DNA of 62,943 nt, counting the filler, from Candidatus Omnitrophota bacterium (lineage in GTDB: Bacteria; Omnitrophota; Gorgyraeia; Zapsychrales; Zapsychraceae), in NCBI GenBank assembly GCA_015233495.1. It is 3 parts of 3 records of this genome, joined end to end, with 100 filler letters (N's around TTAATTAATTAA, not from the genome) between each part and the next. Parts side by side here need not be neighbours in the genome. Positions count along the whole stretch, not along the records: positions 25,491 to 50,046 come from JADFXQ010000024.1; 2 more parts are not named here. One strand, written 5' to 3'. Numbering within the stretch: the first letter of the stretch is position 1; each line of letters begins with the position of its first letter. Shown here piece by piece: positions 38,445 through 48,148 of this stretch. Under the pieces are notes generated by a model, which worked only from the letters and a program-made list of their open reading frames with translations, made no database searches and was not told the origin of the DNA. Both the position numbers and the translations under genes were made by a program.

Positions 38445-39878
38445 TCAGGGCCTTTTCAGTTTCAATAAAATTTTAAAGTCGATGACGTCTTGATTATACA
38501 TTCGGCGTTTCGTGGTAAATTGCAAAGAAACGTCCGCGAAATCCGGCGATGACACCAGACGCGTTTGGAACGAGTTGACGGACGTTCCCGACGGCGCGTA
38601 TCCCCCGATGGTCGCGTCTCCCTCTCTGGTTACGTTCAACGAGTGGAAACTGATCTCCGGCGGCGTTGCCTGATATAATTTTAGCATCAAGTCAGGGATC
38701 AGAATCCTTTTGTTAAAGTATTCCTCAGCACCGTTGACTAAATTGATTTTTTCTTCGGCGTCCGAGGTGTTTTGATTCAGCGATGAAACGCGCGCCTTGA
38801 TTTTCGTTAAAGCCACGGTTTTAAACACGGGATCTATCCCGGCGATAGCAACCGAAAGGGCCAGGGTCAATACAAAGAGACAGATAAATTGAACGATTTG
38901 TTTATGCTGCCGTCGGGCGTCTTTGAGATCACGGACGTGTTTCGCGATCAAATTGACCGGCGTTTTTGATTCCGAGAACCCGAGCCCGAGACACACGCTG
39001 AGCGACATCCCGGCGCAATCTTTGATTTGATTAACGATCGGCGTTCCTGACGAATAAACATTTTCCGCCGGAGAATAAAACTCCACGGGCAGGTTAAACC
39101 GTTTATTCAATGTTTCGGATATTTCCGGAATCAGATTGACCGACGAGACAACAATAATTTTCCCAACTTCTTCGCCAAAACGCTCTTTGCGATACAGCTT
39201 GATGCTGAGTTCAATTTGGTCAAACAGATCCGTGAAATCGTCGCTGCGTAAATCTTTGACCCCTTTATGAATGTTCCGGGAATACAGGAGACGAGAACGG
39301 TGAATAAAACAGATTTCCGAATGGACCAAATCAAAGTTTATCAAGAGAACGGGCGATTGCTCCTGAATGTTTTTTTGACTCATTTGAAAATGAAACCACT
39401 CTACAATGCCGAGGGAACTGGGGATAAATTTGGACGGCGCTTTTTTGGCGCGAAGGAAAATTTTGAAATATTTATCGCTGACATCGCGATGGACAATGTA
39501 AACGATGAGTTGCGTGTATCCGGCGTCTTCTTTTTCCAGAATTTCATAGCGGTAAATGAGATCGTCTAACACGTGGGGCATCATGCGACCGATTTGGATC
39601 GGCAGCATATTTTGGATTTCTTTGTCGTTTGTCGACGGGAGTCTTAACCGCTTGATCGATGCCAGCCGCCGCGGGAGCGCCAGGATAAAATTTTCAGGAT
39701 TGATCGCGTGGGATTGGACCATTTGCAGAACGGCCGCTTCGATCTCGTCGTCGGCCTTCCCTTCGATGGGACAGGCGTCAAACGCAATGATCAAATGCTT
39801 CCCCTGGCTTTTTTTCGCCTGAAGGAATTTTATGTGCGTATCCGTGATCTCGATGACGGTGCGGATATTCGAAGCCAT
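38445..39878 (-). CDS. GspL-like protein (PilM-like + TM + PilN-like)
   Basis: TVIEITDTHIK actin-like start, RLRLPS, VNLI, TM, IGGYA. Confidence 0.75.
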   Translation of the reverse strand: MASNIRTVIEITDTHIKFLQAKKSQGKHLIIAFDACPIEGKADDEIEAAVLQMVQSHAINPENFILALPRRLASIKRLRLPSTNDKEIQNMLPIQIGRMMPHVLDDLIYRYEILEKEDAGYTQLIVYIVHRDVSDKYFKIFLRAKKAPSKFIPSSLGIVEWFHFQMSQKNIQEQSPVLLINFDLVHSEICFIHRSRLLYSRNIHKGVKDLRSDDFTDLFDQIELSIKLYRKERFGEEVGKIIVVSSVNLIPEISETLNKRFNLPVEFYSPAENVYSSGTPIVNQIKDCAGMSLSVCLGLGFSESKTPVNLIAKHVRDLKDARRQHKQIVQFICLFVLTLALSVAIAGIDPVFKTVALTKIKARVSSLNQNTSDAEEKINLVNGAEEYFNKRILIPDLMLKLYQATPPEISFHSLNVTREGDATIGGYAPSGTSVNSFQTRLVSSPDFADVSLQFTTKRRMYNQDVIDFKILLKLKRP

Positions 39879-39887
39879 AGATGCCCG

Positions 39888-40988
39888 TTAATGAGCTGTC
39901 TCCTGCCAATACAATATGTTTGACGTCGGTTGATCGACGACAACCTCAATATTCGTTTCCACGCGACTGGCCGGCTCAACCGCGTGCACATCAAACCGGA
40001 CGGCCCCTCCCCGGGTCGACCGATACGAGTTTATTGTCAAATAAATAGCGCGTTCCTTGGCATTCAACGGCATGTCGTTAAAATCCATTGTTTGATGGTC
40101 CTGGACGGTCTGTTCATTGATTTTTTCGCGATATTCTAAAATTTTGCTGATGAGTGAATCCGCGTCCGCGAGATCAGTGTTGGTTTGCGGACCAGTCACG
40201 GAACGGGCCAAGGCTTTCAGCACTTCTTCCGACGCTGTATTAAAATTGACGGTCAATCCGCCGTATTTAGGGAAAACCGTTATATAGGGTTTTAACGTTT
40301 GAAAAATTTTCTTTGTCATCCCTTTAACCAAAAATAATTCCTCGACCGAATCGTAGGGAAGATTTTTGCAATGGTAAGGCTTCGGTTGTTTCATATAAAA
40401 ATCATCTTCCGCGCCCAAGCCTGGTTCCACGGTATCGTTTGCCCGGTCCTGCCAATCCATCATGGATAACGCGATGTCTAACGCGATATGATTGTCCACG
40501 CCCAAGATTATTAACAATTGCTCGAGAACATGATAATTGCTCAACGTCAAGCCATTGATATTGATCCGCCCGCTTTCATCTTGAAACCCTTGGCCATAAG
40601 TATCAGAGCCATTCTCGTCGGAAGAAACACGGTATCCCATTTGGAAATACCCGGTATCGATCGGAATTTTAGCCGCTTCTTCCGGTTGTTTCATTTGATT
40701 TTTTTCCGAAAAATTGATATACGGCAGTTTGTTTATCCCGTCCGGGAAATAATTTTTTATTTGGTCGAGAGCGTAAAATGTCCCGGCCCAAACATACTGT
40801 CTAGTTTTCATTTTAGCGACAGCGTATTTTGCAAAACTGATTTCTGTTTTAGCGCCTTGACCGACGATAAAAACGAAAATGCTGAGGATCGCCAAAACCC
40901 ACAGGACAACAATGAGTACTATACCAGAGTTATTTGCCGGATATGAGCGCGGGATCATGAATTTTTGGTTAACGCGAAACGGCATCAC
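39888..40988 (-). CDS. gspK: Minor pseudopilin GspK
   Basis: SGIVLIVVLWVL, DESGRININ, DWQD, SVEELFLVKG, VNFNTASEEVL. Confidence 0.9.
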   Translation of the reverse strand: MMPFRVNQKFMIPRSYPANNSGIVLIVVLWVLAILSIFVFIVGQGAKTEISFAKYAVAKMKTRQYVWAGTFYALDQIKNYFPDGINKLPYINFSEKNQMKQPEEAAKIPIDTGYFQMGYRVSSDENGSDTYGQGFQDESGRININGLTLSNYHVLEQLLIILGVDNHIALDIALSMMDWQDRANDTVEPGLGAEDDFYMKQPKPYHCKNLPYDSVEELFLVKGMTKKIFQTLKPYITVFPKYGGLTVNFNTASEEVLKALARSVTGPQTNTDLADADSLISKILEYREKINEQTVQDHQTMDFNDMPLNAKERAIYLTINSYRSTRGGAVRFDVHAVEPASRVETNIEVVVDQPTSNILYWQETAH

Positions 40989-41740
40989 TATTGGACCTGT
41001 TTTATCTGGATCGTCGTCGGGATTAAGGATATTTTTTCAAAATGAAAAGTCCGGGGTTCCTTGTCCAAATCAGAAACAATTTTCAAATCCATTTTAACGG
41101 CAAGCGGCAATTTGATATCCGTCCAGGTTTTCTTCCAGACGATTGCGCCGTCAGCGTTGATTTTATCGGCATAAAAAAACTGGATCCCGTTTTCAGGGAT
41201 GTTTTGAAGAAGAATTTCTTTTTCGCCGTTCATCTTAAACCCGGCGGACATATAATCGATAAAATCCATTTCTTCCCGGATTAAACATAAGGCGGGCGGC
41301 CCTGTTTGTCTGGTCTCGGTCACGGTCGTGTTTTTTTGATAGTGTTCCCCGATGATGGTTTGTTTTATTTCGACCTTATCGGGCATGGAAAGATAATAAC
41401 TCACCGTCTTAAGCCCGTTTGTCGACGGCATAATGAATGTCAATTGATCCATCGCGCCGGTAAAAGAAAAACGGTCTGGATATGAGTTGCTGAAATCATA
41501 AACCACCGCTCCTTCGATATCTTGCGAAAAAAGATCCATCACAATCTTTGTTTGCCGGAAAATATCTTTATGATTTTCAAACCGGGCGTTTAAATCAATG
41601 CCTGTCTTTAATGTCCCGTAAACGCACACAATGATCAGGGAAAAAATAGACAGCCCGAGCAGAATTTCGATCAAGGTAAAACCGTGCGCGTCATTAATGT
41701 TTCGAGATAAATCTCGACAAGAATTATTGCGCTTTATCAT
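40988..41740 (-). CDS. Pseudopilin, GspJ-like
   Basis: HG|FTLIEILL prepilin motif; 250 aa; position before gspK. Confidence 0.8.
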   Translation of the reverse strand: MIKRNNSCRDLSRNINDAHGFTLIEILLGLSIFSLIIVCVYGTLKTGIDLNARFENHKDIFRQTKIVMDLFSQDIEGAVVYDFSNSYPDRFSFTGAMDQLTFIMPSTNGLKTVSYYLSMPDKVEIKQTIIGEHYQKNTTVTETRQTGPPALCLIREEMDFIDYMSAGFKMNGEKEILLQNIPENGIQFFYADKINADGAIVWKKTWTDIKLPLAVKMDLKIVSDLDKEPRTFHFEKISLIPTTIQIKQVQ

Positions 41741-42134
41741 AATAAACCGATTGGCTGGTCATTTTATTTTTGGTGTCCCCCTGCTCCCACTCTATTCCCA
41801 TGGTCAGGATTTGCAGTCCGGGCTTTTCGTCAAACGGCTGATGAGTTTGTGTTAACTGGACGGAATAATTGTGCAGGTTTCCTTCCACGGGATCATTTTT
41901 CTCGTCGGAAAATAATTTAGCAGACAATAAGAATTCCGACATTTTGTTGTCTAAAATGTCCGCCGCCTCAGTATAACTTTCAGCGCGTGAAAAAGCGCGG
42001 CTGGCTGTAGTCAATGATTGCAGGATGATGACAATACTCACCGAAAGAATGGAAACAGCGATCAAGGCTTCGACCAAAATGGTCCCTTGATTTTGCGGCA
42101 GAGGTTTATGCTGACTTTTTCTGTTTTTATTCAT
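41724..42134 (-). CDS. Pseudopilin, GspI-like
   Basis: QG|TILVEAL motif; ATGA overlap with the upstream gene. Confidence 0.75.
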   Translation of the reverse strand: MNKNRKSQHKPLPQNQGTILVEALIAVSILSVSIVIILQSLTTASRAFSRAESYTEAADILDNKMSEFLLSAKLFSDEKNDPVEGNLHNYSVQLTQTHQPFDEKPGLQILTMGIEWEQGDTKNKMTSQSVYYDKAQ

Positions 42135-42595
42135 TTCGCGCCCCATTCCGAAGTTTTGATATTTCCGTACATCTCTTTTGTCGAAATCAGGATGCAATTC
42201 TTATCATCACAGACCGAAATCGCGGCTTTGCTCATCCGTCCATTAGGCTCAAAATAAACGGGCAAGCCTTTTGTCTCGACGCGGATTTCCGTCGGGAGCT
42301 GCACAATTCTGCCTAGCTCCCCCGTCATCCGGACATAGGCATTATCTTTTTTCTGCTCAACCCACAACGCGGAATGATCCCTATCAAAGGACATCCGCAA
42401 ATCACAACCTTGAGACATCGCGCGGGTTTGGGCCCGTTTCATCAAGAATGTGACATCGGACGAAGCTTGTTTTAATAACAGTTGCCGGTGGAATTTGCTG
42501 AAATTCGGGATGGATAATCCGACGATGACGGAAAGAATAATGATGACGAATAAAATTTCGATTAAAGTAAAACCATTTATATTTTTTTCCGACAT
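42131..42595 (-). CDS. Pseudopilin, GspH/FimT-like
   Basis: NG|FTLIEIL, AQTRAM, VYFEPNG. Confidence 0.8.
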   Translation of the reverse strand: MSEKNINGFTLIEILFVIIILSVIVGLSIPNFSKFHRQLLLKQASSDVTFLMKRAQTRAMSQGCDLRMSFDRDHSALWVEQKKDNAYVRMTGELGRIVQLPTEIRVETKGLPVYFEPNGRMSKAAISVCDDKNCILISTKEMYGNIKTSEWGAK

Positions 42596-42609
42596 GGGAT
42601 GCCAGAGTC

Positions 42610-43842
42610 TTATTTGATCAATTGATTCATTTGTAAGATGGGCAGCATGACCGCGATCACAATAAACCCGACGAAAACAATGACAATGGTTAAAACAGCC
42701 GGCCCTAAAATCGAGACCGCGGTTTTCATCATGTTTTCCGATTCGCGTTCGTAAACATCCGCGATTTTGTATAATCCTTTTTCAAACCGTCCGGATTCTT
42801 CGCCGATAGCGATCATATTGACCGCCATTTCTGGGAAAAAAGAAACTTTTTGTAAAGCGTTGCCCAAGGATGACCCGGCGGACACGTCCGCAGCCGCTTG
42901 GGCAAGTTCTTTTTTTAAAACGGTGTTGTCGACGGTATTTATCACTGTTTCTAACGCCGTTACAATAGGCACACCGCTCTCAATCAATGTCCCGAGTGTG
43001 CGGGCAAACCGGCCGACTTCAACCGTTTGAATGAACGGACCGATGATCCAAACGCGGATCAGCTGGGCGTCCATCCATGTTTTGCCGGTTGTTCCAGCCC
43101 ATTGCCGAAAATATTTTATCCCGACGACAATCATCAGAATCATCGTCCACCAGAACTTCACAAAAAACCGGCTGACCTGTAACAAGACCGTTGTGATGAG
43201 CGGCAAGGATTGTTCGAAATCTTCGAACATTATCGTCAGTCGCGGGATGACGAATGATAACATGACAAAAATGGTTATAAAGCCGACCCCTAAAACAAAA
43301 GCGGGATAAGCCAAACTCGATTTGACTTTCCCGGCGATCTCATGCTCTTTTTCTAAATATCCGGCTAACCGGTCCAGGATCAGATTTAATTTCCCGCCGA
43401 TTTCCCCTGCCCGGACCATGTTCACATAATAGGAAGAAAAAATATTTTCATGACGGGATAGACCTTGCGAAAAAGACACGCCGTTTTGGATATCTTCTTT
43501 TATTTGATCAATGACGGCCGTTAATTCTTTATTTTTGGTGCGATTCCCGACGAGCTGAATGGCGGTAAGCAACTGGACTCCGGAATCGAGCAGATCGCTC
43601 ATTTGGCGGGTCAAGACAACAAGATCATATGGACTGATTTTTTTGCCGCGAGACGGTAGGATTTGTTTTTGCGGTGTCGGTTGTTTTGAAGATGTTGCCC
43701 TTGAGTTTTCTTTGAGAATAATCGGAGTTAACCCTTTTAAAACAATTTCATTCACGGCTTGATTGTAATTGTCCGCATCAATGACCCCGTCGACAACTCG
43801 ATTCGGTCCCTCTTTCGCTTGATATCGAAATTGCGGCGACAT
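42610..43842 (-). CDS. gspF: T2SS platform protein GspF
   Basis: TRQMSDLLDSGV, AGEIGG, SLAYP, RFARTLGTL, GEESG. Confidence 0.92.
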   Translation of the reverse strand: MSPQFRYQAKEGPNRVVDGVIDADNYNQAVNEIVLKGLTPIILKENSRATSSKQPTPQKQILPSRGKKISPYDLVVLTRQMSDLLDSGVQLLTAIQLVGNRTKNKELTAVIDQIKEDIQNGVSFSQGLSRHENIFSSYYVNMVRAGEIGGKLNLILDRLAGYLEKEHEIAGKVKSSLAYPAFVLGVGFITIFVMLSFVIPRLTIMFEDFEQSLPLITTVLLQVSRFFVKFWWTMILMIVVGIKYFRQWAGTTGKTWMDAQLIRVWIIGPFIQTVEVGRFARTLGTLIESGVPIVTALETVINTVDNTVLKKELAQAAADVSAGSSLGNALQKVSFFPEMAVNMIAIGEESGRFEKGLYKIADVYERESENMMKTAVSILGPAVLTIVIVFVGFIVIAVMLPILQMNQLIK

Positions 43843-43844
43843 GG

Positions 43845-45533
43845 TTATCCTGCCCCGTCTTTTGCCGTCACTCTTAAAATTTCGGACGGAGTTGTCAGTC
43901 CCGATTTAACTTTTTCCCAACCGGAATGAAGTAATGTTTTCATACCCCGCTCGATAGCGGCGTCACGGATCCGCTCGGCTGAAGCCCGGTCAATGATCAG
44001 TTTCCGGATGATGTCGTCGATGATGAGGAATTCATAGATCGCCTGCCTGCCCCAATAACCCGTATGACTGCATTTTTCGCAGCCCTTTCCTTCGAAAACA
44101 GTCACGGGATTCTCTTCCTGGGCATTGATCCCGTTAAACGCTTCCTTGCTCACCCGTTTACAGTGGGGACAGATCACACGGACAAGCCGCTGGGCGATAA
44201 AACATTCCACTGTGCTCGTGATGAGATACGGCTCAACGCCCATATCCAAAAGGCGGGCGACTCCGCCGGCCGCGTCATTGGTATGCAGGGTCGAAAAAAC
44301 CAAATGCCCGGTGAGTGCGATCTGGACGGCGATTTCAGCTGTTTCCACGTCGCGGACTTCCCCGATCATCATGATGTCGGGATCATGGCGGAGCATGGAC
44401 CGTAAACCTTTGGCAAAGGTTAACCCGACGGCTTGATTGATTTGAATCTGCGTAATGCCTTTTAATTGATATTCGATGGGGTCTTCGATCGTGACAATCT
44501 TCTGATCATCCGTATTGATTTTGGATAAGCACGAATACAGCGTCGTCGTTTTCCCGCTTCCGGTCGGACCGGTTAAAAAAACTATGCCATGCGGTTTTTT
44601 AATCAACCGGTCAATCATATCTTTCTCGTCGGGACGAAGGCCGAGTTCATCTAAAGAGTAAAGCTTCGCCGTGTTTAAAATACGCAAAACCAAACTCTCG
44701 CCAAACTGGGTCGGCAGGAAAGAAACTCTCAGATCCAGATCAATATTTTCCGCGCGGACTTTGAACCGGCCGTCCTGCGGCGTGCGGCGTTCCGCGATGT
44801 TTAAGTTGGATAAAACTTTGATCCGCGAGACAATCGCGTCTTTGAAATGCTTGATATCCTGCGGGACTTTGGCGTTATGCAAAACCCCGTCGATGCGGTA
44901 CCGGATTTTTAATTCATCTTCATACGGCTCGACGTGGATGTCCGTGGCCCGGCTTTGATAGGCCTCCATTAAAATTTGATTCAGAAAACGGCTGATGGAC
45001 GCTTCCGAGCCAAGATCATCTAACCGGCTGACCATTGTTTCCGGTTTGGCGATCGGCCGGCTTTCGCCCATCATTTTTTCAATGGTTTCCGCGCCGATCC
45101 CGTAATATTTTCGAATGGCCTCGATAATATCTTTTTCCGTCGATAAAACGAACTTGACAGGGCAGTCGGCCGCAGCTGAGATTTCGTCTAAGATTTGAAC
45201 ATTTAACGGATCGGCTGTTGCGATCGTGAGGTTGTTTTCGTCTTGGGAGACAGGAATGATTTGATAATGCAAGGCAAGCTTGGCGGAAATTTTCTGAATG
45301 GCTGGTCGGGGGACGGTGATATTTTTAAGATCGACAAACGGTACGCCGCATTGCTCGGCGAGAATAGGAAAAAATACTTTCTGCTCGTCGACAAACCCAA
45401 GCTCCAACAAAACAACCCCGAGCAATTGCCCGGTGGTTTTCTGCTTTGCTAAAGCAATATCCAACTGCTCTGGCGTAATGATTTTTTTACTAATGAGCAG
45501 CTGACCTAAATAATGATTGGGCGTGTTTGGCAG
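43845..45533 (-). CDS. gspE: T2SS assembly ATPase GspE/PilB with MshEN N-terminus; probable CTG start
   Basis: GPTGSGKTT, TIEDPIEY, LRHDPD, GHLVFSTLHTN, CPHC/CEKC; the frame extends upstream of 45464 through YLGQLLISKKIITPEQL. Confidence 0.9.
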   Translation of the reverse strand: MPNTPNHYLGQLLISKKIITPEQLDIALAKQKTTGQLLGVVLLELGFVDEQKVFFPILAEQCGVPFVDLKNITVPRPAIQKISAKLALHYQIIPVSQDENNLTIATADPLNVQILDEISAAADCPVKFVLSTEKDIIEAIRKYYGIGAETIEKMMGESRPIAKPETMVSRLDDLGSEASISRFLNQILMEAYQSRATDIHVEPYEDELKIRYRIDGVLHNAKVPQDIKHFKDAIVSRIKVLSNLNIAERRTPQDGRFKVRAENIDLDLRVSFLPTQFGESLVLRILNTAKLYSLDELGLRPDEKDMIDRLIKKPHGIVFLTGPTGSGKTTTLYSCLSKINTDDQKIVTIEDPIEYQLKGITQIQINQAVGLTFAKGLRSMLRHDPDIMMIGEVRDVETAEIAVQIALTGHLVFSTLHTNDAAGGVARLLDMGVEPYLITSTVECFIAQRLVRVICPHCKRVSKEAFNGINAQEENPVTVFEGKGCEKCSHTGYWGRQAIYEFLIIDDIIRKLIIDRASAERIRDAAIERGMKTLLHSGWEKVKSGLTTPSEILRVTAKDGAG

Positions 45534-45554
45534 AGACCTGCTCCCTTTGGAGAA

Positions 45555-46502
45555 CTACAATTTGTCTAAATTCTCCGACAACGTCTCCATAATTTTATCA
45601 AAAGACGGTTCCCCTTGATAATACAAAGCTGCTGTTTTTTGGTATTCCTGCTCGTAACGTTTTCGAATTTGCTTATCTTTTAATAAAAAGGCCTCTTGTT
45701 GAGCAATAGGAATTTGTTGATCGGCAGCGGGAAATCTTTTCTTTTTATGCCGGATGTATTCTTGCGTCCCGATAAAATCTTGAACTACCTGATTTTTCAG
45801 AAGGCAAGCGACATCGTAATAATGCCTTAAAAAGTTAGACGGCATTTTTCCCGTTTCTTGCTGGTTGCGAAACTTGGTCGCAATCGTTTGTAATTTTTCA
45901 ACCAATGTATAACCCGGATGGTAACACAAAACGCTGCGCGCTTTGTTATCCTTAACTTTTAGTCCATTTTGCCGGGCAAACTCAAGCGCCCATGAACCAA
46001 TATCCAAGGGGTTATTGGGTATCACTTCGTCGAATCCGACTTCCAGCAATACACCTTCTTTTATCCCTCCGGCAAGAGTGAAGGCTGTCTTGTAATAAAT
46101 CCGGATGCCGCCGCTAAAATATTTTTCGTTGTCAAATTCCACATCGCGAACAATTCTTTCTATTCCGTCAATTTTGATTTTCTTCGCCAACCAATCATAA
46201 TATTGCTTGCGGCTCGCACAATGATCAGGTTTTATATGATTGCGTCCTGTTTTTACATCCATGCCATCCGGCGGTTCTATGCGGATGTCGATATCCTCAG
46301 AAAATCGATGAATAATGCCATACCCTTTGGAGAGCGATGTGCCCCCTTTGAGCTCAAATTTAAATCCCCCTTGCTGCAGGCCATATAAAACATGCATGAT
46401 CCAATAGTCTTTCTCGACCAAACCACGCTCGATTTTCTTTTCTCGTTCTACAGCCCGCAAGAGCTCTCTAAATTCTGGATGATTGTGAAGATAATCAACC
46501 AT
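45555..46502 (-). CDS. AbiEii/AbiGii-family nucleotidyltransferase toxin
   Basis: VEKDYW, KGGTSLSKGY, RFSEDID, TLVEKL, RHYYD; start taken at MVDYLH. Confidence 0.9.
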   Translation of the reverse strand: MVDYLHNHPEFRELLRAVEREKKIERGLVEKDYWIMHVLYGLQQGGFKFELKGGTSLSKGYGIIHRFSEDIDIRIEPPDGMDVKTGRNHIKPDHCASRKQYYDWLAKKIKIDGIERIVRDVEFDNEKYFSGGIRIYYKTAFTLAGGIKEGVLLEVGFDEVIPNNPLDIGSWALEFARQNGLKVKDNKARSVLCYHPGYTLVEKLQTIATKFRNQQETGKMPSNFLRHYYDVACLLKNQVVQDFIGTQEYIRHKKKRFPAADQQIPIAQQEAFLLKDKQIRKRYEQEYQKTAALYYQGEPSFDKIMETLSENLDKL

Positions 46503-47109
46503 GCGCAAAATACTCCTGCCCCGCCGGTAGGCGGGTCTCGTGCATCCATTGATTAAACAAAGACTTCGTTCTTTCACCCGCATATGCATTAACCGCGCGT
46601 TTCATCTGCGGTCCCGGTACCGTCAATACTTTTTCTTTAGCACTTTGTAATACATTTTCCCGGTTTTCGGCTAATTCATTTAAATTGTTCAACAGATCAA
46701 CAAGCAAAAACTCTTCGGAAAGTTCTTTAGGAAATTTATGTTTTAAGCGGAAATCAAACACCTTGCCCCCTAGCGCAAGCTGACCATGCCGTTTATGATT
46801 ATAAACAACCCGCTTGTTGTACAGTTGCGTTGTCCCCACACCTAAAGAATTATAAAGATTGGGCGATGTCAAAAGGAAATCATCGCTTTTCAAGAAGGTT
46901 TGAACCAGTTTTTCATCTTCCGGTGGGATCTCGCCAAAAGAGGCCTTTGCGGGATAGTAATACACTCCCTGCGACATTTTTTGCAAAGTCCCGTCGTCAA
47001 CCAGTTGTTTTAAATGCCGATCAACGGCAGTGGACCTATGCTCAAGATCCGCCCTGCGATAAACCTGACCTGGTTTAAGATATTTTTTAAATTCTTCCAG
47101 TGCATTCAT
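46495..47109 (-). CDS. AbiEi-like (DUF6088-like) antitoxin with winged helix
   Basis: AVDRHLKQLV...QGVYYYP, YNSLGVGTTQ; overlaps the toxin start. Confidence 0.8.
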   Translation of the reverse strand: MNALEEFKKYLKPGQVYRRADLEHRSTAVDRHLKQLVDDGTLQKMSQGVYYYPAKASFGEIPPEDEKLVQTFLKSDDFLLTSPNLYNSLGVGTTQLYNKRVVYNHKRHGQLALGGKVFDFRLKHKFPKELSEEFLLVDLLNNLNELAENRENVLQSAKEKVLTVPGPQMKRAVNAYAGERTKSLFNQWMHETRLPAGQEYFAHG

Positions 47110-47212
47110 CCCTTTCGCCTCACCATTCAAAGTATAAATGATCTTAGCTTAATTTGCAATAAATTTGATTTAAATTTCATGCAAAATTATGGAAAAAAAT
47201 ATATGCTTATGG

Positions 47213-47364
47213 ATTATGCCTGCCCCAAATGGTCGTCACATACGATCCCGTTGGTAAAAATATTCTCCAAAATACAGTGAGATTTCGGGAATGGCCGTTT
47301 TTGAAGGCCGTTTTTATACATGTTTAATTCGAGAACCAATATGATCAGAATTAAGACGGTAACA
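47213..47364 (+). mobile_element. Isolated transposon right end, copy 2 (~150 bp)
   Basis: Same terminal sequence as copy 1 (...GAATTAAGACGGTAACA), with no ATPase gene on its inner side. Confidence 0.82.
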
Positions 47365-48148
47365 AATATCCGACAACCCGTTTTCAAACGAAAACTTGAC
47401 GCTGCTTCCCGCGCAGCAAGACATTTATGACACGTTAAAAGTGCATAGCAGCCAAGGCGGGTTTTGCCTCGTCATGGGCATGCCCGGCACGGGGAAAACT
47501 GTTATCAAAGAATTTTTAAAGAACAATGAATCCAAACAAACCCTGGTCGTGACGATCGCAAGAACACTGCACACTTACACCAACACGATCAAAATTCTCT
47601 GCCAGGCGTTTAACGTCGATTTTGCCGCGTGTCATTTTAAGTGCGAGAAAAAACTCATTGAAGAAGCTCATTCGCTCAAGCAGCAAGGCAAAAACATTGT
47701 CATCATCATCGACGAAGCGCATCTGATGGAGATCACGACCCTGCGCAAACTCAGGCTTCTCTTCGAGGATTTTCCGAAAAATCACAACGTGATCCTCATC
47801 GGCCAGCCGGAATTGTTGAATAACATCAACCTCGGCGTTAACCAGGACATCAAAAGCCGCGTCACGTATTCCACAATCACCAAACGGCTGAACCCCGACG
47901 ACATGAAAGCCTTTATCCTCGGCGAGCTTGACCGCATCAAATTGGGACACAACACGTTTACCGAAGACGCCATCGACCTCATTGTCCGCTCCTCCGACGG
48001 CGTCTTAAGAAAAACCAGAAACCTGTGTTTATCCTGCATGCTCGAATCCGTCAGACTGCGCACCAAAATCATCGGCCTCGATACCGTCAACCGCGTCCTC
48101 ATCCAGCCTCACTGGCGAAAGGAGCAAGACCTGGGACAAATTTATTAA
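47365..48148 (+). pseudogene. 5'-truncated transposon ExeA-family AAA ATPase
   Basis: Frame begins ISDNPFSNENL right at the end-2 junction without ATG or RBS; GMPGTGKT, IIDEAH. Confidence 0.8.

Noticed and set aside
23515..45533. pilC/MshEN as part of the T2SS island
   Set aside because: They are on different contigs, and the island has its own gspF.
47365..48148. Second ExeA-like ATPase as a T2SS component
   Set aside because: It is on the opposite strand, duplicated, and tied to a transposon end; the T2SS ExeA is 37068..37895.
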